Shown one piece after another: positions 59,934 through 64,000 of a DNA stretch of 64,000 nt. A model generated the notes under the pieces. That model searched no databases. It was not told the DNA's origin and was given only the letters and a program-made list of their open reading frames with translations. The position numbers were made by a program, and so were the translations under genes. The DNA is from an uncultured Spirochaetota bacterium. Lineage in GTDB: Bacteria > Spirochaetota > Spirochaetia > SZUA-6 > Fen-1364. The stretch is from assembly GCA_963820525.1 (NCBI GenBank), contig CAWGAA010000002.1, positions 160,001-224,000 of the forward strand. The letters are read 5' to 3'. Position 1 is the first letter of the stretch. Each line of letters opens with the position of its first letter.

Positions 59934-60539
59934 TCAGCCCGAGTCCCCTTTTTCCGGCTCGGCGGAGAGAGCGAATATCAGCTCCTCCAGCGGACGCTTG
60001 GGAACGTGGTGGGTCTGGGAATCGTCGCGATGGTACGCGATGGAACCCCCGGCGGGCACCTCTTCCACGACGACTTTTTCGGCGGGCTTCCCCAGCGCGA
60101 TCACCAAGAGCGGTTTGAGGTTCTTCGGGAGCCGCAGCGCGCCAGCGAGATCCTCCCACTTGAAATTGGCGAACATACAGCCCCCGAGGCCTTTCTCCAC
60201 GGCGCCCAGGAGGATGGTCTGGGCCGCGATCCCCACGTCGATCTCCGCATCGAAGGTGATGTCCGTGTCATGGAGAACGACGATGTACGCGGTTGGCCTT
60301 TCCCTCTCTTCGGGTCCCTGCCAATCCCGCAGCTGCGCGGCCCAGGTCAGGGTGTCGAAGATCCTGCCGTTCCATGGCGGCGAGAACGAGAGGGCGAATT
60401 TGAGCGGCTGTCTATTCGCCGCCGAAGGGATGTAGCGCGCAAGATCCACCAGCTCGCGAAGCGTCTCCTCCTGGATGACGAAGCTTCCGTCGAATCTTCG
60501 ATAACTTCGGTTCCTGCGAACGAGGCTGCTCAGTTCCAT
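59934..60539 (-). CDS. nitroreductase family protein
   Basis: RSYRRF, PSAANRQP, DVGIAAQTILLGA.EKGLGGC, ALGKP, HHVPKR. Confidence 0.9.
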   Translation of the reverse strand: MELSSLVRRNRSYRRFDGSFVIQEETLRELVDLARYIPSAANRQPLKFALSFSPPWNGRIFDTLTWAAQLRDWQGPEERERPTAYIVVLHDTDITFDAEIDVGIAAQTILLGAVEKGLGGCMFANFKWEDLAGALRLPKNLKPLLVIALGKPAEKVVVEEVPAGGSIAYHRDDSQTHHVPKRPLEELIFALSAEPEKGDSG

Positions 60540-60701
60540 GGATATCTCCTTCTCACCCCCTCGGGTTTCCTTCCGCGGCCCCTTCCGCCGGCCTCTGGTC
60601 GGTGTCTTCAATGTATAGGAAAGGGAGGGCGGTCGAACAGGACAACGGCGGGCGTAGACGGGAACATCCTTTTTCTGAATAATGCGGCTGCGAAAGTGCG
60701 C

Positions 60702-61817
60702 ATGACGAAGCTTCTCTCCATCCTGTGGATACTCCTGCTCGCCGCCGGCCCCGCGATGGGACAGGCGCCGACCGTCCTCAGGCTGTCATTCATCGGCGAC
60801 ATCATGGCCCATGAGGTCAACTATCTCAGCAAGGACTTCCACGATATCTATCGCGGAGTCGAAGGCCTGCTCACGGCGGACGACCTCACGTTCGCAAACC
60901 TCGAGCTCCCCATCGACGAACGAAAGCCCATCGCCGGATATCCGAAATTCAACGGAAGCAGGGCATACCTGAGGGCCGCGGTGGACGAAGGCGTCGAGGT
61001 CTTCTCCCTGGCCAATAACCATGCCTTCGACCAGGGCGCGGAGGGGATATCCCAGACCCTGATGTCGGTGGCCGCCGTGCGGAAGTCCAGCGGCCGTCCC
61101 GTCTGGGCCTCCGGCATCAGGGAGAACCCGGCGATCCCCTTCTCCGCCATGGAGATCAGGGTCAAGGGACTTCGCATCGGCTATCTAGCGGCAACCCAGT
61201 TCATGAACGAGGCCGGGCCGTGTCCCTCCGTCGATGTGGTGGACTACCTCGATCCCCCTGCGGCGGACCGGTTCGTTTCCCTTGTGCGGGAAGAGAGCAG
61301 GCGTTTCGATGTGTTCATCGTCTCATATCACTGCGGCGCCGAGTATGCGCCGAAGCCAAGCCCCTCGCTTCTGGCCTTTTTCGATCGGCTGCTGGCAAAC
61401 GGCGCGCACGTCGTGCACGGCCACCATCCCCATGTCTTCGAGGGCTGGCGCCTGGTGAAGGTGAAGGGGGAGCTTCGCGTTTCCCTTCCATCAATGGGCA
61501 ACTTCATATCCGGAATGACGTGGGGCATGTCCCCCTTCCCTCCGAGGCCTTTCTTCGCCGCAACCGGGGATTCCGCGATTGTCAGGGTCACCCTGCTCTG
61601 CGTCGGCGGAAGCGTCTGCGTGATCGGCTCCGATGCCGTCCCGATCGCCGACTATAGAAACGCCGGCGGCGAGATGGTTGTGGGCAGGCTCGATGAGCTG
61701 GCTTCGGGAAAGACTCCGCTCTCCGCGGGATGGACGGCGTACTACAGGGAGAGGCTTCGGGAAGTGGCGGGGAGGCTCGAGCCCGCCAGGGAGATCATCT
61801 CCCCTTGGCCACCATGA
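60702..61817 (+). CDS. CapA-family metallophosphatase-like protein
   Basis: FIGDIM, FANLE, SLANNHAFD, SYHCGAEY, GHHPHV, SMGNF. Confidence 0.88.
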   Translation: MTKLLSILWILLLAAGPAMGQAPTVLRLSFIGDIMAHEVNYLSKDFHDIYRGVEGLLTADDLTFANLELPIDERKPIAGYPKFNGSRAYLRAAVDEGVEVFSLANNHAFDQGAEGISQTLMSVAAVRKSSGRPVWASGIRENPAIPFSAMEIRVKGLRIGYLAATQFMNEAGPCPSVDVVDYLDPPAADRFVSLVREESRRFDVFIVSYHCGAEYAPKPSPSLLAFFDRLLANGAHVVHGHHPHVFEGWRLVKVKGELRVSLPSMGNFISGMTWGMSPFPPRPFFAATGDSAIVRVTLLCVGGSVCVIGSDAVPIADYRNAGGEMVVGRLDELASGKTPLSAGWTAYYRERLREVAGRLEPAREIISPWPP

Positions 61818-62385
61818 TCGCCTCGTTTATCCGGCTTTCTCCATCGGCGAGCTTCTCCTGGATCGTGAGGGCCTTCGCCTTCGCCGCGGCGAAAGCGCCG
61901 GAGGCAAGATCGTTCTGCGCGTCGGCAAGCGCGGTTCTCGTCGCTTCCGCCATGCTCAGGATGTCGGGGTCCAGCTTGACGCCTCTCACCCTCCTGGCCG
62001 CCCACACCTTGCCTTCGAACGCCGGTATGGCGGCAGCGAACCCCGCGATCAGGGCTTCGGCATCCGTCCGGGACTGCAGCTTGGCGCGGGCCGCATCCGT
62101 GGCGGCCTGTTCGGCCATTAACTTTGCCTCGGCGGCCAGTGTCTTCGCCGCATCGTAGCGCCGCATGAGAACGCCTCTTTTGGCCTGGGCGTCCAGCGCC
62201 GCCTGGAGCGTGTCCAGCTTTTCCTGAGCCGCGCGCAGAGAATCAGGCGCGTAGGTAATGACGTCGGGGTCCTTCGCCGACGCCTGGAAGGCCATCGCGG
62301 CGGCGTCGATCTCCGGTTGCGGAGGCTTTTCGCATGATACGAGCGCCAGCATCGCAGAAGCGAGCAGCAGGCCAAGATATTTCAT
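61795..62385 (-). CDS. helical lipoprotein, DUF4398-like
   Basis: lipobox LVSC, KPPQPEIDAA, YAPD. Confidence 0.7.
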   Translation of the reverse strand: MKYLGLLLASAMLALVSCEKPPQPEIDAAAMAFQASAKDPDVITYAPDSLRAAQEKLDTLQAALDAQAKRGVLMRRYDAAKTLAAEAKLMAEQAATDAARAKLQSRTDAEALIAGFAAAIPAFEGKVWAARRVRGVKLDPDILSMAEATRTALADAQNDLASGAFAAAKAKALTIQEKLADGESRINEAIMVAKGR

Positions 62386-62548
62386 TGCGCATTAGAAGAA
62401 ACTTTTTCCCAGGGTCTGTCAAGACGGGCCGTGCTCGCTTTCCGCTCCTGGAGATCCCGCGGACCGCCGGACGCAAATTCCCTGTTGATTTATCGCGTTT
62501 GAGGGTTATACTTTCGATGAAAGATCCGCTCACCGAGGAGGAGTACAG

Positions 62549-63505
62549 ATGAAGAAGCGCATGATCGTTCTTGCCTCTCTTGGCTTCATCCTTCTGCTTC
62601 TGACCGCGCCGCTTTTCGCCCAGGGCTTCAGCACGGGCAGAATCGGCGGATTCAGGGTGACCATCGTCACCAACGTGCCCAACCCCACGATCACCATTGA
62701 CGATCGCCCGATTGAGGGGAACACGGCAGTGGTGCCTGTGGGCGTGCACACGTTCCGCGTCAGCGCTCCCGGGTTCAATGATTTCGTACAGAGAGCCAAT
62801 GTAAGGGCCGCCCTCACCATCAATGCGCGGCTCACTCCCCAGGGATTTGCGCTCACGATCAACGGCAACGTGCCCGACGCGTCCATTTTCGTCGACGACG
62901 CCCAGATCTCGGGCAACATGGTGGTCGTGCCGCCGGGAAACCACACGGTTCGAATCTTCGCGGACGGCTATCAGGAATACAGCACGGTGGTGAACGTCGC
63001 AGGCCCGATGGTGCTCAACGCCGCTCTTGCGCCCGCGGGATTCCCGCTCATGATCACGGGCAATGTGAAGGGCGCCATCGTATTCATCGACGGCGTCCAG
63101 AAAGGCCCTGTTCCCTATAGGGAGATTCTGCCTCCCGGCAACTATTCACTCTCCGTTCTGGCGCCCGGCTTCCAGAGCTACGACAGGGATGTCATGCTTT
63201 CGGGACCTCTCTCCATCAATGCCAACCTCCAGCCGCTGGCTCCCGCCACCCTCACTTTCCTCTTCCCCCAGGGATTTCTCGGGCCCGGCGGCCGCAACGA
63301 TCGCAACCAGCTCAAGGTCCTCATCGACGGCAAGCCGATCCAGCAGCGGGATTTCGCGCACGCGCGTGTCCCCGCGGGAAGGCATAAGATCGACGTTTCC
63401 ACCGGCGGGATGATGCTGCGCTCCGGAGAGTTCGATTTCGATTCCGGGATGAGCTACACGGTCGAGCTCGTCCTGGATCTGCAGGTCTACGCCAGCGGGC
63501 AGTGA
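62549..63505 (+). CDS. PEGA-domain exported protein
   Basis: signal peptide; repeated NVP.A.I.ID...PG.H...V.A.G[FY] units. Confidence 0.85.
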   Translation: MKKRMIVLASLGFILLLLTAPLFAQGFSTGRIGGFRVTIVTNVPNPTITIDDRPIEGNTAVVPVGVHTFRVSAPGFNDFVQRANVRAALTINARLTPQGFALTINGNVPDASIFVDDAQISGNMVVVPPGNHTVRIFADGYQEYSTVVNVAGPMVLNAALAPAGFPLMITGNVKGAIVFIDGVQKGPVPYREILPPGNYSLSVLAPGFQSYDRDVMLSGPLSINANLQPLAPATLTFLFPQGFLGPGGRNDRNQLKVLIDGKPIQQRDFAHARVPAGRHKIDVSTGGMMLRSGEFDFDSGMSYTVELVLDLQVYASGQ

Positions 63506-63511
63506 ATGCTG

Positions 63512-63546
63512 AGGCCCGTTTCTCAGGGAAGCGGGCCTTTCTTTTC
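63512..63546 (+). terminator. intrinsic terminator
   Basis: AGGCCCGTTTC-TCAGG-GAAGCGGGCCT followed by TTCTTTT. Confidence 0.75.
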
Positions 63547-63593
63547 CCACGTTCCTGAAGGGTAATCACCGATACATCCGAAGAGGAGGACAG

Positions 63594-64000
63594 ATGATGC
63601 GCCGTTGCTTTTCCGTTGTGATCCTGCTGCTCTTTGCCCTGACGGCGGGCTACGCCGACTTTGCCCAGACCATCGTTTCCGCGGATTCCCTGCACGACCA
63701 GGGCCAGTATCTCCAGGCGCGCGCCATGCTGCTCGAAGCCGCCGCCTCGGCATCCGCAAAAGAGCAGGCCGAGCTGTATTGGCGCGCCGCCCGCGAAACC
63801 CTCGAGATCGGCGATCAGGCGGACAAGGCGAAGAAGCCCGTCGATTCCGTCCTGAAGATTTTCGAGGAAGGCCAGCTTTACGCGAACATGGCGATGTCGG
63901 CGGATCCGGACAATTGCCTCGGCTATTACTGGAAGTCCGCTCTCATCGGCCGCTGGGGCCAGGTGAAAGGGATTTTCGATTCTCTCGGCCAGGCCGCTCC
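63594..64000 (+). CDS. exported TPR-like helical protein (partial, runs off the window)
   Basis: RBS GAGGAGG; MMRRCFSVVILLL...ELYWRAAR...GYYWKSALIGRWGQVKG. Confidence 0.75.
   Translation, partial: MMRRCFSVVILLLFALTAGYADFAQTIVSADSLHDQGQYLQARAMLLEAAASASAKEQAELYWRAARETLEIGDQADKAKKPVDSVLKIFEEGQLYANMAMSADPDNCLGYYWKSALIGRWGQVKGIFDSLGQAA

Overview
High-GC bacterial chromosomal window. The gene content (fliS-flgN-like-polA-coaE-SPOR, PEGA, FecR, DUF4398/LysM lipoproteins, a CsgG-like domain and a dockerin) suggests a free-living spirochaete; this is an inference. Most of the window is housekeeping or metabolic. Three regions stand out. (1) 70-6700 is a sugar-uptake locus. A GH13_18 phosphorylase with the sucrose-6F-phosphate phosphorylase signature (GFDVHQ) is paired with an uncharacterised uridine-kinase-family P-loop kinase, a LacI regulator and an ABC importer. 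This may be a non-PTS 'kinase + phosphorylase' sucrose pathway. (2) 13.5-17.7 kb is a sigma-54 nitrogen module: amtB, two PII paralogues, a GAF-AAA+ NifA-like activator, and a separate 65-aa gene that is a conserved copy of the activator's DNA-binding HTH. (3) 40.55-46.95 kb is a decayed 6.4-kb island bounded by 141-bp near-perfect inverted repeats that look like att junctions of a tRNA-Asn-targeting serine-integrase element. It contains a tRNA-Asn 3' fragment split by an IS630, serine-recombinase fragments, a truncated helicase, a 147-bp repeat gene remnant, a dockerin pseudogene and a frameshifted CsgG-like/solute-binding fusion. There is also an unexplained ~150-nt structured intergenic element at 6.77-6.92 kb. 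All calls come from reading motifs by eye; no database searches or folding computations were run.
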